64,000 nt of DNA from the human T2T-CHM13v2.0 reference genome, Homo sapiens (GCF_009914755.1 NC_060931.1), one strand, 5' to 3'. Positions 25,480 through 42,754 are shown, counted from the first letter of the stretch. The notes: generated from the letters alone by a model not told the origin. Numbers and translations are program-made.

Positions 25480-26310
25480 GAATCTAAAAAACTCTTTTGT
25501 CACAGAACCATAAAACTTGCAGAAGACAAGAGGCATGGGAGAAAATCTACATGACCACAGGCATGGCTAGGAGCTTTCCAGAGTCAACACCAAAGGCACT
25601 GTATTAGTCTGTTTTCATGCTGCTGATCAAGACATACCTGATACTGGGTAATTAAAGAAAAAGAGGCTTAATGAACTCACAGTTCCACATGGCTGGGGAG
25701 GCCTCACAATTATGATGGAAGGCAAAAGGCACATCTTACATGGTGGCAGACAAGACAGAATGAGAACCAGGTAAAAGCGGTTTTCCCCTATAAAACCATC
25801 AGATCTCATGAGACTTATTCATACCAAGAGAACAGTATGGGAGAAACCAACCCCATGATTCAATTACCTCCCACAGGGTCTCTCCCACAACACGTGGGAG
25901 AATTACAGGAGCTACAATTCAAGATGAGATTTGGGTGGGGACATAGCCAAACCATGTCAGGCTGTACCCACAAGGGAAGGAATGGACACACTGAACTTCA
26001 GGAAAGCTAAAAATTCTGCTGTTTGAAAAACACTGTCAAGAGAATGAAAAGACAAGCCATAAGACTATGAGAAAATATTTGCAAAAGGCATATAAAATAA
26101 AGGACGGTTATCCAAAATATACAAAGAATACTTAAAACTCAATAATGAGAAAATAACTCAGTAAAACAGACCAAAGACCCTAAAAGATACCTCACCAAAG
26201 ACAATCCACGAAAAGCAAATGAGCACAGGAAAAGTTCCACACCAAGTGCATGTCCTCAAGGAAATGCAGATTAAACCACATGAGATACCACTGTAGACCC
26301 TACACACCCA
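25480..26310 (+). mobile_element. L1M ORF2 3' fragment split by a THE1 LTR
   Basis: 'caacaccaaaggcac' [THE1] 'gagaatgaaaagacaagcca...gaaaatatttgcaa...gaaatgcagattaaaccacatgagataccact'. Confidence 0.75.
25600..25959 (-). mobile_element. THE1 (B/C-like) solo LTR
   Basis: TGTATTAGTCTGTTTTCATGCTGCTGAT...gagatttgggtggggacatagccaaaccatgtCA; 360 bp. Confidence 0.93.
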
Positions 26311-26638
26311 CATGGACGTGTATCTTCATTTTGTGAAGGTGTAATAAGCATAGATTCTCCATTTCGTCGTGTCAGTTTTGGCAAGCCCTGTTTTTCTAAG
26401 AATTTGTTCATCTAAATTTTAAATTTACTAGCATGAGGTTATTTGTTGTTGTTTGTAATATTTTCGGATCGCTCTTTAATGTCTATATCTTTTCATTTAA
26501 ATTGTTTTCTATATCTTTATGACTTTCCACTTCCATCTGCAGATATCTGCAACTTGATTTTCAGCTCCCTAAGTTTTTCTTAATGAAGGACATTCTGTTA
26601 CTTTTCCCATCAAGCATGCTCTTTTTCTTAGTTATTAA

Positions 26639-26939
<301 letters not shown>

Positions 26940-27782
26940 TAGTTATTAAATTTTTATAGTTGATATTTCCGCTTGGCTCTTGTTCATGTCTCTAGTTCTG
27001 AATTTAAAACACAAAAATCTTCCTTTGTCTTGCATGAAATGGATATTTTACTTATTTAAATTCCTAATCCTTTTTTGTTCATTTATACTTCCTCATGTGG
27101 CATTGCTATCTAATATACTTTCTTTGCTGTTATGGTGGTCACACTCCTCGGGTGTGAACACTCTTCCCTGATTTAGTGAATGCATGTTTCAAGAAGGGGT
27201 AAGGGTTGTGCCCAGGCCTAAAGCCAAAGGTACAACTGTGCTGTGATTGTGACTGCCTCCTCAGCCCACAAAACAGCCTTCTACCATTTTGCTTTACACT
27301 CTGAAGAAATAAGCCCTGGAAAGTGATAATTTCCTTCTCTTGTAGTCTACCAGTCCTGGAGGTGTGAAGCAGGTGAGGAAATGTGAGAGCAGGGGATGCT
27401 TGGAGCTGGTGGTTGTGCTTAAACCATCTGTCTGTTCCTTACTCCAGCTGGTTATTAACACTGCCACAAACTTCACCCTAGTTAACTTGCCTGACATGTC
27501 TAAGGGACAAAAAATGAGCCCCTTAGGACACGTGGGGCAGCAAGAGTAACAGAAAACTTTTTCTGGCCTAATTCCTGAACTTAGAGACCTGCCCACACCC
27601 CCAGGTATCTGCCCCAGACCCACCCAGAGACCTGAACCTAACTGCCTCTTGGAGTGCTGGCAGGCCTCACAATCCCTAATTTAGGTCTTCATATTCATAA
27701 GTCTCATTTGTCCAGAGCTTCTCAGGAGTGTGTTTTTTGGGGGAAAAGCCAAGAGTCTACACTAGCTCCATGATCTTTCTCA

Positions 27783-27900
27783 CTCTCTCTCTCTCTGCTG
27801 CTTCCTTCCTTCCTTCCTTTCTTCCTTCCTTCCTGCCTTCCTGCCTTCCTGCCTTCCTGTCTTCCTGCCTTCCTTTCTTCCTTCTTTCCTTCCTTTCTCT
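27783..27900. repeat. Compound (CT)n/(CCTT)n/(CCTG)n microsatellite
   Basis: Read directly. Confidence 0.9.
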
Positions 27901-28870
27901 TTGTTTAAAATAAGTAAAAACTTAAGAAACATTCAGAAAGAAAAAAGTTAAATACTAAAGAAATAAGACTTCCCTCTGCAAAACAATAGAGAAATTTGGC
28001 TACATTGTTGGAGTGAGAAAAGTAATTGCAATGTAAAATCTCTACTCATAGCTAAGATACTCTTCATAAGTAAATGCCACAGAAGACATTCTTACAATGC
28101 AAGAAGTCCTAGCACTCATGCGCTTTTAAGAATGTCAGAAATTACTAGAAAAAATATTAAACAAAATAATATTTACTTAATACAGTTAAGAAGTTTTAAA
28201 TATGATTTATGGAACATTTCACCTTAGAGCTTGTCAGTCTTACCAATTTAGCCATTCTAATAGTTATAATGTAGTATCTCATTGTGGATTTAATTTGCAT
28301 TTTCCTAATATCTGTTATAATATATACCACTTAACATGCATATTGGGTGTTTTTCTTTTTTCTGAGTTTTTTTTTCAAGTAATGTGCCTACATATTTTTA
28401 ATTGGGTTATTTTTCCCCAGGACTCACTTCTAAAAACTTCCACTAAGTACCTACAGTTATAAGCTTATTCTTTAATGCAAATTAGCATGAATTCTAATAA
28501 ATCATTTATCATAAAGATTAATCTAATAAGATCCACATCATTATTTAATAGATGTCATAAACATATTTCAATAGAACAATAACCACTGGGAAAAAAGGAA
28601 TAAAAGATAAAACTATTAGCCTCAATAAACAAGCAGTACCATACTTCACTGTCAAACTCTAGAAAACACACTTTCAAATTCCGCTACATTGTGCTGCTGA
28701 TGACAGTGTGGACTGACAAACTTTTAGAAACAATTTGGCCCTTTTTCACCCAAGAGCCTTTCAAACAATCATACAATTTGATCCTGAAATTTTACTTACA
28801 GAAGTTTATTCCCCCAAAAGATATAAATATTCATTTAGAACACTATAACAGAACTCCATTATGGTATTAT

Positions 28871-29624
28871 TTTCTTAGTTCATTTGGGCTGCAATAACAA
28901 AATACCATAAACCAGGTGGCTTATAAACAAGAGAAATGTGTTGTCCTCAGTTCTGGAGGCTGGAAGTCCAAGATCACGATACCAGTAGATTTCACGTTTA
29001 ATGGAGGCCCACTTTCTGGTTTATAGGCAGCACCTTCTCACTATGCCCTCACACGTGGAAGGGGCAACAGTCTCCCTCAGGCCTCGTTTATTTTTTATCT
29101 TGATTTGTATTATTTGTATGTGTTTATTTTTGTTGTTTTTGTATGTGTACATATTCATGGGGTGCAAGTGCAATTTTGCTACATTGATACATGGTGGTGA
29201 AGTCGGGGCCTTCCCCCACTGTACCCATCACCAACCTCACATAGCCCACTCCCCTCCCATTCTCCCATCCCTCCAGGTCTCCATTTTCCATCACCCTACA
29301 CTCGACTTTATTATTAGCTCCCACTTTAAGTGTGAACATGCAGTATTTGTCTTTCTATTTCTGAGTCGTTTTGCCTCAGATAATGGCCCCTAGTTCCATC
29401 CATGTTGCTGCAAGACACATGATCTCATTCTGTTTTATGGCTAAATAGTATTCCATTGTGTATGTATAACAGGCCTTTTTTATAAGGGTGCTCATCCCAT
29501 TTATGAAGATTCTGTCTCATGACCTAATCATCTCCCAAGGTCCCCACCTCCTAATACTATCACTGTAGGGGTTAGGATTTCAGCACATTAATTTAGGGGG
29601 GGCACAAATATTTGGGTCAGAGCA
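28871..29624 (-). mobile_element. MLT1A-like solo LTR interrupted by an L1 fragment
   Basis: 'cttagttcatttgggctgcaataacaaaataccata...' and '...catgacctaatcatctcccaagg...gggcacaaatatttgggtcagagCA'; flanks attat/agtat. Confidence 0.85.
29090..29469 (-). mobile_element. 5'-truncated L1 (L1PB/L1MA-type 3' end) nested in MLT1A
   Basis: T-rich tail and L1 3' UTR; TSD-like caggcctcgttt (29078-29089) and caggcctttttt (29470-29481). Confidence 0.8.
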
Positions 29625-30009
29625 AGTATCATTTATAATAGCAAATAAACTAAAATAACCCAAATGTCCCATATAGGAAAGATATTAAATGAACCATGCT
29701 ACCTTCAAAGCAAAGTGACATTAATTAAGCTTTAAAAATGACATTTTAATGACATGGTAGAATGTATACAGGCTATGTATAATGAAAAAGATCATTCTAG
29801 AAAGGTGGGAAATAAAAACTTTCCAAAGCTAAAGAAGGAAATTATACCTCATAGTTTTAAAACCAAAGATGAAGACTGCTAACAAATAATAATTTCAACC
29901 ACACAGAAAGAGGTTTATTATATATATGGGAGATATAGATATTATGTTTATTATATATTAATGTTTAATGCACACATCTGTGATGTATAACGTATGTACA
30001 ATATTGAAA

Positions 30010-30230
30010 TGTGTCAGATATGAAGTGCAAGTATTTTAGATTCAGACACCTGAGTCAGGGTGTTTGCCTGATACCTTGAGAACTTCTTTGTCTGTTTGAC
30101 TCTCATTTAATGGCAAGTTACCTAACAGTTTTGTTGTGAGGTTTGAAGAACATGATGACTGAAAAGCAAAATGTCTGGCAAAAAGTGAATGGTAACTGAA
30201 TAAGTATCAGTAAAAAGTATTAGCTTTCAT
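30010..30230 (+). mobile_element. MIR remnant
   Basis: 'ttagattcagacacctgagt...gttgtgaggtttgaagaacatgat...tgtctggca'. Confidence 0.45.
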
Positions 30231-30534
30231 CATTATAACTTATTGTTACTATTATTTAGTTACTATTTTACATTATTATTATAGCTACTTTATTACCGTA
30301 TTTCGCATTGCAATGTAAGAGCACATTCATCATAATTTTTCTGCAGAAAATGCAATTAAGGATCATGCTTTATATGGTGTCCTTATTTAATACCTATTCT
30401 ATTGGAAATTATTTGTAAATATGATATATAATGGTTGTGCAATGCTTTGACAATGATTGTCGAGACTGTTAATTTCACTGTCTCAGTATAACAGGGATGG
30501 TTCCATTGAATCAATATCCTAGTGGTGGAATTAG

Positions 30535-31169
30535 CATGGTCACCAGTTTGTCTCTCAGCTTCACACCCACTCTAGTCCACTGTGCTTTGCACGCTTGGGG
30601 CAGGACACTGCAACCACATTTCTGTTTTGTTTGTGGCTCTGGCTAGACTCTGCCAAGAGGTATTAGAGGGATCCTGGAAGAAGAGAGAGCACGGACTTCC
30701 TCTGTTCTGCTTGCTTTCTGTTCCTGCTTGTTTTCCTGGGCGCATTTCCCCAGTGAGGCTCCTTCCCCTAGGGCAGTGGCTGTTCTGTCAGAAGCAGTTT
30801 GCTGTGTTTCCAGCACTTCAGAACAAGCAGCATTGAGGGCCCCCTATATCAGCTCCGGAGAGTGCTAGATGCCAGCTCCACCAGACCATCCTTGGGGCTT
30901 CTGAGGCATCAGCACCAGTCAAGGAGGGCCCCTCCTCAGATACTCTAATTCCAGGCTGGCTGGGCCAGTCTTTCAATCTTCTTAATTTTAATTATCTCCA
31001 CCTCTTCCCTCTGTTCTGGGGATAAAGGTGTTCTCGCAGGTGTGCCTTCCTGACACCTTAACCTCCTATTTTTTAGTCTCTAAAACCCAGTTAAAATTAT
31101 CTATATTAAATTTTGTATGTTAGAATAACTGGCGCGGTTTCTTTACCATGACTAGTTCTACCCAATAAA
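30535..31169. mobile_element. ERVL-class solo LTR (LTR33-like)
   Basis: 'actgcaaccacatttctgtttt...tagactctgccaagagg' and end 'attaaattttgtatgttagaataactggcgcggtttc'. Confidence 0.65.
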
Positions 31170-31518
31170 GTGGGTAAATATGTGTGAATTCTGTGAGTCC
31201 CTTCATAAATGCAATGTTTCGGAGTTGCCCTGCAGCCATTTCTGTTGCTGCCACAGTGAGTTCCCCTTGTCTCTCCTCTACACCAACTGGACATTCTTAA
31301 AACTGTGACCAAGATGATGTGGCTCACAAGTAAAGTCACCTTTCCTTGACTTCTAAGTTAAAGAGTGCTTCCTAAAGTTATTGGTCATTCGTTTTTTTAC
31401 TAAGTAAATGTCTTTTAATTCTTTTTTGTTCATATTTTCTTCATTTTTCTTTTGGATCTCTTCTAGTTCTTAAGTTGAAACTTTGTCATTTAAGGTAGTT
31501 TTTAATACTCTGATTTCT

Positions 31519-31770
31519 GGATCAGGTGTTGTGGCTCACACCTATTATCCCAGCACTTTGGGAGGCCGAGGCAGGAAAATCACTTGAGGCCAGGAATTCA
31601 AAGACCAACCTGGGCAACATAGTGACACCCCATCTTTACAAAAAAATAAAATTTAAAAGTCACCTGGGAGAGTTTGAGACTGCAGTGAACTATAATCATG
31701 TCATTGCCATTGCACTCCAGCCTGGGCGATGGAGTGAGACCTTGTCTCTCTAAAAAACAAAACAAAACAC
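31519..31770 (+). mobile_element. AluJ with internal deletion in the right monomer
   Basis: Left monomer is joined to the 3' half of the right monomer; TSD core tctgatttc at 31509-31517 and 31775-31783. Confidence 0.88.
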
Positions 31771-32169
31771 CAAGTCTGATTTCACTTTGTTTTCTGAAAG
31801 GAGATTTTATTTTATTTTATTTTTTACTTTTTTGTAAAACAACCTGGCCACTTTCTGGTAAACTCCTAATTTTTTTAAAATAGGTGCCTTCTTTGGTTTT
31901 CTGTTAATGCTAACTTTATTTCTCAATGCAGATCCTGAACTGTGTTTCTGTCCCTCTTTTAGCCCCATTTTTTTTGCCTTAATTCTCGTGCGAGGTTAAT
32001 TCTGCCCCACATAGCTCACTCACCCACCCCTTTCAGATTAAGCAACAGAGCCCTGACTCATGGCCCCCAACTCCTGGGAGGCCAGCCTGAATCCACGGCC
32101 CTGCTCCCAAGGAGGAGGGAGGACTCTGCTCTGATGTCTTCATGCTGACCACAGCCTTGCATTATATTT

Positions 32170-32590
32170 GAATTCAAAAAATATTTATTAAGTACCTACT
32201 GTATGTCATATATGGTTCTTAGCACTAGAGACAGCAGTAAACAAAGAGATAATAAGCAAAGACACACAAATAAATAACACAGAATGTTATTTATTGGGTA
32301 GTTGTAAGAGCTATGATGAAGTAAGCAAATGTATTTGATTAGAGGGTAATACAGACTGATTTGCGGTGGGCTTATCAAAGGAGGCCTATGTGTTGTGGTG
32401 ACTGAGCAGAGATCTAAAGGACATGAGAGCATGAGCCACATGGATTCATGGGGAACTAGCACACAAAGCAGAGGAAATACTAAGTTATAAGAAGGTAGCA
32501 GAGGAAACTGTGTGGTGGGGTTGAGAAGCAGCAAGGTGACTAGTGTGGTTTGAGATTGAGAAAGGGGCAATATACTGAAAGACTAAGTTA
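32170..32590 (-). mobile_element. L2 remnant (resumes at about 34606-35260 after Charlie1)
   Basis: 'attcaaaaaatatttattaagtacctactgtatgtca' is the L2 3' end; later 'gcagtcaaggatgatgtcaaggctttt'. Confidence 0.7.
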
Positions 32591-32654
32591 GCAGAGCAAG
32601 TCTCACATTTTTGTCCCAGAACTTATTTAAACTCTTAAAATAAGTGAGGACTGC

Positions 32655-32978
32655 GGCTGGGGGTGGTGGCTCACACCTGTAATCCCAGCACTTTGGGAGG
32701 CCGAGACGGACAGATCACAAGGTCAGGAGATCGAGACTATCCTGGCTAGCATGGTGAAACCCCGTCCCTACTAAAAATACAAAAAATTAGCCAGGCATGG
32801 TGGCGGGCACCTGTAGTCCCAGCTACTCAGGAGGCTGAGGCAGGAGAATGGCATGAACCCGGGAAGCGGAGCTTGCAGTGAGCCAAGATTGCTCCACTGC
32901 ACTCTAGTCTGGGTGACAGAGCAAGACTCCATCTCAAAAAAATAAAAATAAAAATAAAAATAAAATAAATAAATAAAT
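32655..32978 (+). mobile_element. AluY-like
   Basis: Diagnostic 'ggagatcgagactatcctggcta', 'gaatggcatgaacccggg', 'ggagcttgcagtg'; TSD aaataagtgaggactgc / aaataattgaagactgc. Confidence 0.93.
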
Positions 32979-33160
32979 AATTGAAGACTGCAAAAAGCTT
33001 TTATTTGTATGAGTTATAACTGCTGATGTAGTGTACTAGAAATTAAGTGAAAAAATATTAATAGATTAAATTTTTAAAAATATTAATGTATTACACATGA
33101 ACATAAATATGAAAAATAGCCATATTCTCCAAAATAAAAAATAATTTCTGAGAAGGGTAT

Positions 33161-33264
33161 TACCATGGTTTAAACGTGTCCCCTCCAAAATCCAGATGTT
33201 GCCCATGTGATGGTATAAAGAGGCAGGGCCTTTAAGAGGTGATTAGTCTATGAGGGTCCTCCCC
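33161..33264 (+). mobile_element. MST-type LTR 5' fragment
   Basis: 'atggtttaaacgtgtcccctccaaaatc...gggcctttaagaggtgattag..atgaggg'. Confidence 0.7.
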
Positions 33265-33490
33265 ATGGCTCACTGTGGCCTCAAACTCCAGAGTTCAAGT
33301 GATCTTACTGCCTCCGCCTCCCAAGTAGCTGGTACTGCAGGTGCATGCCACCATCCTAAGCTCATTTTAAAATTTTCTGTAGAGATAGGATCTCTGTATG
33401 TTGCCTAGATTTGTCTCGAACTCCTGGCCTCCAGCAATCTTCCCACCTCGTCCTCCCAAAGTTCTGAGATTACAGGCCACCATGCCCAGA
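33265..33490 (-). mobile_element. AluJ fragment lacking its 3' end
   Basis: 'ggctcactgtggcctcaaactcc...tgttgcctag...ctcctggcctccagcaatcttcccacctc'. Confidence 0.85.
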
Positions 33491-34605
33491 TGAAAGGAGT
33501 ATTTTAATAAATTTTTCAGATAATCGTGGACATTTTTCTTTGTTGCTCTGCCAGAATTTTCAAGTGGTGTAGTATCTTAAAGGTTAGCTGCTATGTGGAA
33601 TCTGAATCATATCAATGAGCTTTTAATGCTCACTTATATTAAAATCCATTGGTTTATACTTCACTCTGAATGGATAGTTACCCACATATGATATGTAATA
33701 GTGTGTATTGGTAATTGGGAAATTATTGACTCATTGAGTTATTCAGATCTTCCAAATGTTGACACATTTATTAGTAACACCACCAATCTCATCAGAAGTG
33801 TCTTTTAATGGGAAACTGTCATGCGCACCATACAAGTTTTTCAAAATTTTAATTTTCACTAGTGCTAGTTGTTTTTCTCAGTGACATGCTTCTTTCCATT
33901 TTTTTTTAAATGAAAAATTTAAATGTCTGCCAAATACTAAGAATGATGTGACTGACATTTTGAAAGAATCACACTGGCTGTTTTGTGGAGAATATACAGA
34001 TGGGGGTGGACTACCAAGTGGAAATAGGGAGCTTTTTGTTGAGTGTGAAAAGAAGCTAGCAGTCAAGGATGATGTCAAGGCTTTCAGACTTTAAGAATGA
34101 ATGACTATAGTTTATATACCCGTTGCTACGTCAAGTTAAAAAAAAAGTTTCTATGAAAAGTAGCTGGTTTAGCTCACAGCTTGAACAATTGCACAGATGC
34201 TTTTTCTTGAGAAAACGGTGGTTTTCTGTTATGCAACAGAATTGTATAGTTTCCATTTTGTCAAACAGAACTTAAAAAGGCTTGTACTCAAAGATTGATA
34301 ATTAATATAACTAATAATATTAACTGCTTTATCCAGCATAGTCTTAAGTAAAACTCTTTTTAGAAAACAGAGTGTGTGGAGGAATAGAGTGCCATGACCA
34401 CTACTGCAATGTGTGTGATTGCCTGACATGTGCTGAGGTCTGGTGGATTTACCCACCATTGCTTTTCACCATCATTTCAGATGTCACCACAGTAAAAAGG
34501 CAAATACTGTCTTGGTGTTGCTATGGAAATAGTTTTGACCTCACTTGACCCCCAGAGGTATTGGGATCTCTCATGTGTTCATGAACTGCATTTTACGGGC
34601 TACTG

Positions 34606-35260
34606 AGTCAGAGACATGCTCTGGTCTGGTTTATGGAGTGGGCCTTGACAGCCAGGTAAAAGTTAGTAACCGCCTGATGTGACTGACATTTTGAAAGAAT
34701 CACACTGGCTGTTTTGTGGAGAATATACAGATGGGGGTGGACTACCAAGTGGAAATAGGGAGCTTTTATAACAAAAAGATGATTGTAATTTAAACTAGGA
34801 GGATAGTAAAGGAGAAAGTAAGAAGTCAGATGTGGATATGTTTGGTCAGATGTGGATATGTTTGAAGCAGTGCCTACATGTTTTTTTCATGGATTGAATA
34901 TTGAGTATGAAAAGAAGAGAGCAGTCAAGGATGATGTCAAGGCTTTTAGACTAAAAAACTGTGAATACCAGTGGCATTTGCTGAGATAAGGAAGGCTAAA
35001 AGGGGACCATATTTGAAGAAAGAAAGCAAGAATCCGCTCTAAGTGTCATTGGGTTTGAGATACTAGTTACACATTTACATGGAGATAAATTATATTGTCT
35101 AAAGTTCAGGGGAGAGATTGGCAACAGAGTTGCAGATTTTGGAGTTAACACCATATAGATGGTACTTCAAACTGTGAGACTGGATAAAATCACTTAATGA
35201 GTTAATGTATATGAGAAGAGAAGGAAAAAGAAGAAGAGAAGACTTCTAAGAACTAAGTCA
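34606..35260 (-). mobile_element. L2 remnant (continuation)
   Basis: 'gacattttgaaagaatcacactggctg', 'aagttcaggggagag', 'gagactggataaaatcac'. Confidence 0.7.
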
Positions 35261-36544
35261 TGAGAAATGTATCATATACCGGTTTGTTCTAACTGGGACA
35301 GTTTTGAAAGTTGAAGAAGGCACTAAAAACAATTCAAAATATATATTTTTAGTCTATCGGTTTCTTGACTGAATTAAATGGATTTAATTTGTAGTCATAC
35401 AAAAATAGTTGTATTTATAATTATTTTCGAAATAAAATTATTTCAAAAAAATAAAAAATAACATATTTGTGGGCATTAAAACAAAATTTTACAAATTTTC
35501 TATATATTGTTCATCTGCAAAATCAAAGTAACACAAACAGTATACTTCTTCTTTGTAATTTTCATGTATTTGAATAAACTTCTTAACTTTCTTCTGTAAT
35601 ATGATGGCAAGAACATTTTTTTCTGAAAAACCTTCTGCATCTTCTACAACTGCATGGTTCAGTCATCACTTTTGGCCATAATCTTCCTAAAGTGACTTTA
35701 ATAAAAGAACTTTAAAGGATTTGGATCTTCTAATTGCTACGTAACCAATGCTACCATAGCTCCTATGATTAGTAAATATCAGCATGCATTTTATGCAAGT
35801 TACATGCTCATCATCAAGTTTCCTGAGGCATGTAAATTCAGTGACAGGTAACATGTATTTTTTAAAGCCTTTTGCTGCTACAAGGGATTACTGCAAGGGA
35901 TCAAAAAGTCCTAAGACAATAGAATTAATAATTGTAGATTTACACCATGCAACAAATGACAAATGACTAAAGCAAGTGTATTCATCTTGCCCCCATAACT
36001 CTAAAGAAGACTGCCTACCTTCTGTGTCCCCTTCACACATTTTAAAACCCATTAGTCTTCAGAGGAATCCTGACTCGTTGTGGCCTGGCAGCTTTATGTA
36101 ACCCTTCAGCTGAGGCATGGGTCCTGGACGATTCATTGAGTGGCCAGCAAAAGCACAACATTCAGTGGCTGTCACACCACTGCGTCCAGAGGTGATAGCT
36201 TTCTCTAGCCATGTGTGTCAGATGCACTTGACTTTATCAGGGAGCATCTACCATGCTGTTCTCAAAAAGGAGGTATTAGCTATATTGTACCTGTAAAGGG
36301 TCAGGAGAAGAGAGATGGGTTATCATGGATCCTATTTTAGCTTTAATTGCACGATAAAAGGAGGAATTCATTCACTGTACATGCATCTTACACACAGCTG
36401 GACAAGACCACGGAATGTGGAAGAGTGAATGAAAATCCCCATTGCTCTGCATCATAGCCAGCACTTGGTTTTTCCCCTGTTTACTCATACTGGTGAATGA
36501 AAAGCAACATTTAATGGTGGTTTTTATTTGTGTTTCCCTGATGC

Positions 36545-36732
36545 CAGGGCCAGGAGTAAGGTGACACAATGGAATACCATCTCAGGCACAAAATTTAGGA
36601 GAAAGAACACCAATAAACTGAGTAATCAAGATAAATAATACTGGTAATGTAATAATTGAAAAAATAAATTAATGCAAGAAATCTATGTGGAATAAAATAT
36701 CAAAATTTTAACTAAATATGTGCTATGCTGGC
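36545..36732. mobile_element. MER96B-like hAT fragment
   Basis: 'cagggccaggagtaaggtga...ggcacaaaattta...gtaatcaagataaataat...aaatatcaaaatttta'. Confidence 0.6.
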
Positions 36733-36829
36733 AAGGATGGGGAAAAACATTTAATATAATGTTAGTGTAGGTCTTTGGTAGAAAGCCTTACAGGATCAGA
36801 TCGGATCACTTTCTATCTATTCTTAGACT

Positions 36830-37625
36830 CTACATCTATCTACTGAGATGACCATATGGTTTGTCTCCTTTATTAAAAATTAATATTCAATTTTTAAACC
36901 AAACATTCTCCATTAATAAGCCCAACTTTACTGTAAGATACTGATCTCTTCACATATCACTGGATTCATTTTGCTAAGATTTGAGTAGAATTCTTGTCCC
37001 TATGTATCTGAGAGGATGGCCTATGACTTTTCTTTCCTTGTCAGCCTTTGGTATCAAGATTACGTTAGCCTCATAAAATGAGAGAGAAATTTTCCCACTT
37101 AAATTATTTGGAAGATTGTGTAAAATTGGTATTATTTCTCCCTTAAATGTTAAAGAAAATTCAACAGTGAAGACATTTGGGTAGAAAAGTGTCTTCCGAA
37201 TCAACTTGTTTGTAGATACAGTACTATGCAAACTTTCTGTTTCTTGTGGTGGCTTCGTGCAATGTGTTTTCAAGGAATGTGTTTTCCATTTTATCTATGG
37301 TGTGTAATTGGCAAAAAGGTGTTATAATATCCTCTTCGAGTCAGGTTAATACCTGTAGGTTCTATAGTGATAAACTTGTTTCATTTCTGATATTGATAAT
37401 TTGCTTTTTTTCTGTTTTTTTCTGCACCAGTCTTGCTAGGAGTTTATTGATTTTACTAAACTTTAAAAACACAAGTTTTAGCTTCTTGGTTGAGTTTCTG
37501 TATTGTATATTTCTTTTCTATTTCATTTTTTAAATTTTATTCTTACATTTTATTCCATGTTGATGACTTAATCTGCTGTCTCTTACTAACTTCTTAAGAT
37601 GAAAATAGATTGTTGATTTTCAACA
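36830..37625 (-). mobile_element. Old L1M ORF2 remnant, host of the L1PA insertion
   Basis: ORF 36974-37273 contains L1-like 'SFYEANVILIPK'; the sequence resumes collinearly after 43819. Confidence 0.75.
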
Positions 37626-37861
37626 TTTTTTCTTTTCTTTTTTTTATTTTATTATTATTATACTTTAAGTTTTAGGGTACATGTGCACAATGTGCAGGTT
37701 TCTTACATATGTATACATGTGCCATGTTGGTGTACTGCACCCACTAACTGGGCATTTAGCATTAGGTATATCTCCTAATGCTATCCTTCTCCCCTCCCCC
37801 CACCCCACAACAGTCCCCGGAGTGTGATGTTCCCCTTCCTGTGTCCACGTGTTCTCATTGT

Positions 37862-41688
<3,827 letters not shown>

Positions 41689-41751
41689 TTTGATGTTAGC
41701 TGGTTATTTTGCTCCTTAGTTGATGCAGTTTCTTCCTAGCCTTGATGGTCT

Positions 41752-42754
41752 TTACAATTTGGCATGTTTTTGCAGTGGCTGGTACCGGTTGTTCCTTTCC
41801 ATGTTTAGTGCTTCCTTCAGGAGCTCTTTTAGGGCAGGCCTGGTGGTGACAAAATCTCTCAGCGTTTGCTTGTCTGTAAAGGATTTTATTTCTCCTTCAC
41901 TTATGAAGCTTAGTTTCTCTGGATATGAAATTCTGGGTTGAAAATTCTTTTCTTTAAGAATGTTGAATATTGGCCCCCACTCTCTTCTGGCTTGTAGAGT
42001 TTCTGCGGAGAGATCAGCTGTTAGTCTGATGGGCTTCCCTTTGTGGGTAACCCGACCTTTCTCTCTGGCTGCTCTTAACATTTTTTCCTTCATTTCAACT
42101 TTGGTGAATCTGACAATTATGTGTCTTGCAGTTGCTCTTCTCCAGGCGTTCTCTGTATTTCCTGAAGCTGAATGTTGGCCTGCCTTGCTGGATTGGGGAA
42201 GTTCTCCGGGATAATATCCTGCAGAGTGTTTTCCAACTTTGTTCCATTCTCCCCGTCACTTTCAGGTACACCAATCAGACGTAGATTTGGTCTTTTCACA
42301 TAGTCCCATATTTCTTGGAGACTTTGTCGTTTCTTTTTATTCTTTTTTCTCTAAACTTCCGTTCTTGCTTCATTTCATTCATTTCATCTTCCATGACTGA
42401 TACCCTTTCTTCCATTTGATCGCATCAACTCCTGAGGCTTCTGCATTCTTCACGTAGTTCTCAAGCCTTGGCTTTCAGCTCCATCAGTTCCTTTAAGCAC
42501 TTCTCTGCATTGGTTACTCTAGTTATACATTCATCTCATTTTTTTTCAAAGTTTTTAACTTCTTTGCCATTGGTTTGAATTTCCTCCTGTATCTCAGAGT
42601 AGTTTGATCATCTGAAGACTTCTTCTCTCAACTCGTCAAAGTCATTCTCCGTCCAGCTTTGTTCCATTGCTGGTGAGGAACTGCATTCCTTTGGAGGAGG
42701 AAAGGTGCTCTGCTTTTTAGAGTTTCCAGTTTTTCTGCTCTGTTTTTTCCCCAT
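41752..42754 (-). pseudogene. L1 ORF1, disrupted
   Basis: ATG at 42754; fragments 'KRPNLRLIGVPESDGENGTKLEN' and 'MKEKMLRAAREKGRV...QKHAKL' are in different frames; small deletion near 42142. Confidence 0.92.

Larger units (their letters stand above)
32592..34605. mobile_element. Charlie1-family hAT DNA transposon derivative with nested inserts
   Basis: 5' 'tctcacatttttgtcccagaac...ctcttaaaataagtgaggac'; internal 'aaaggttagctgctatgtggaatctga'; 3' 'aatagttttgacctcac...ctactg'. Confidence 0.8.
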
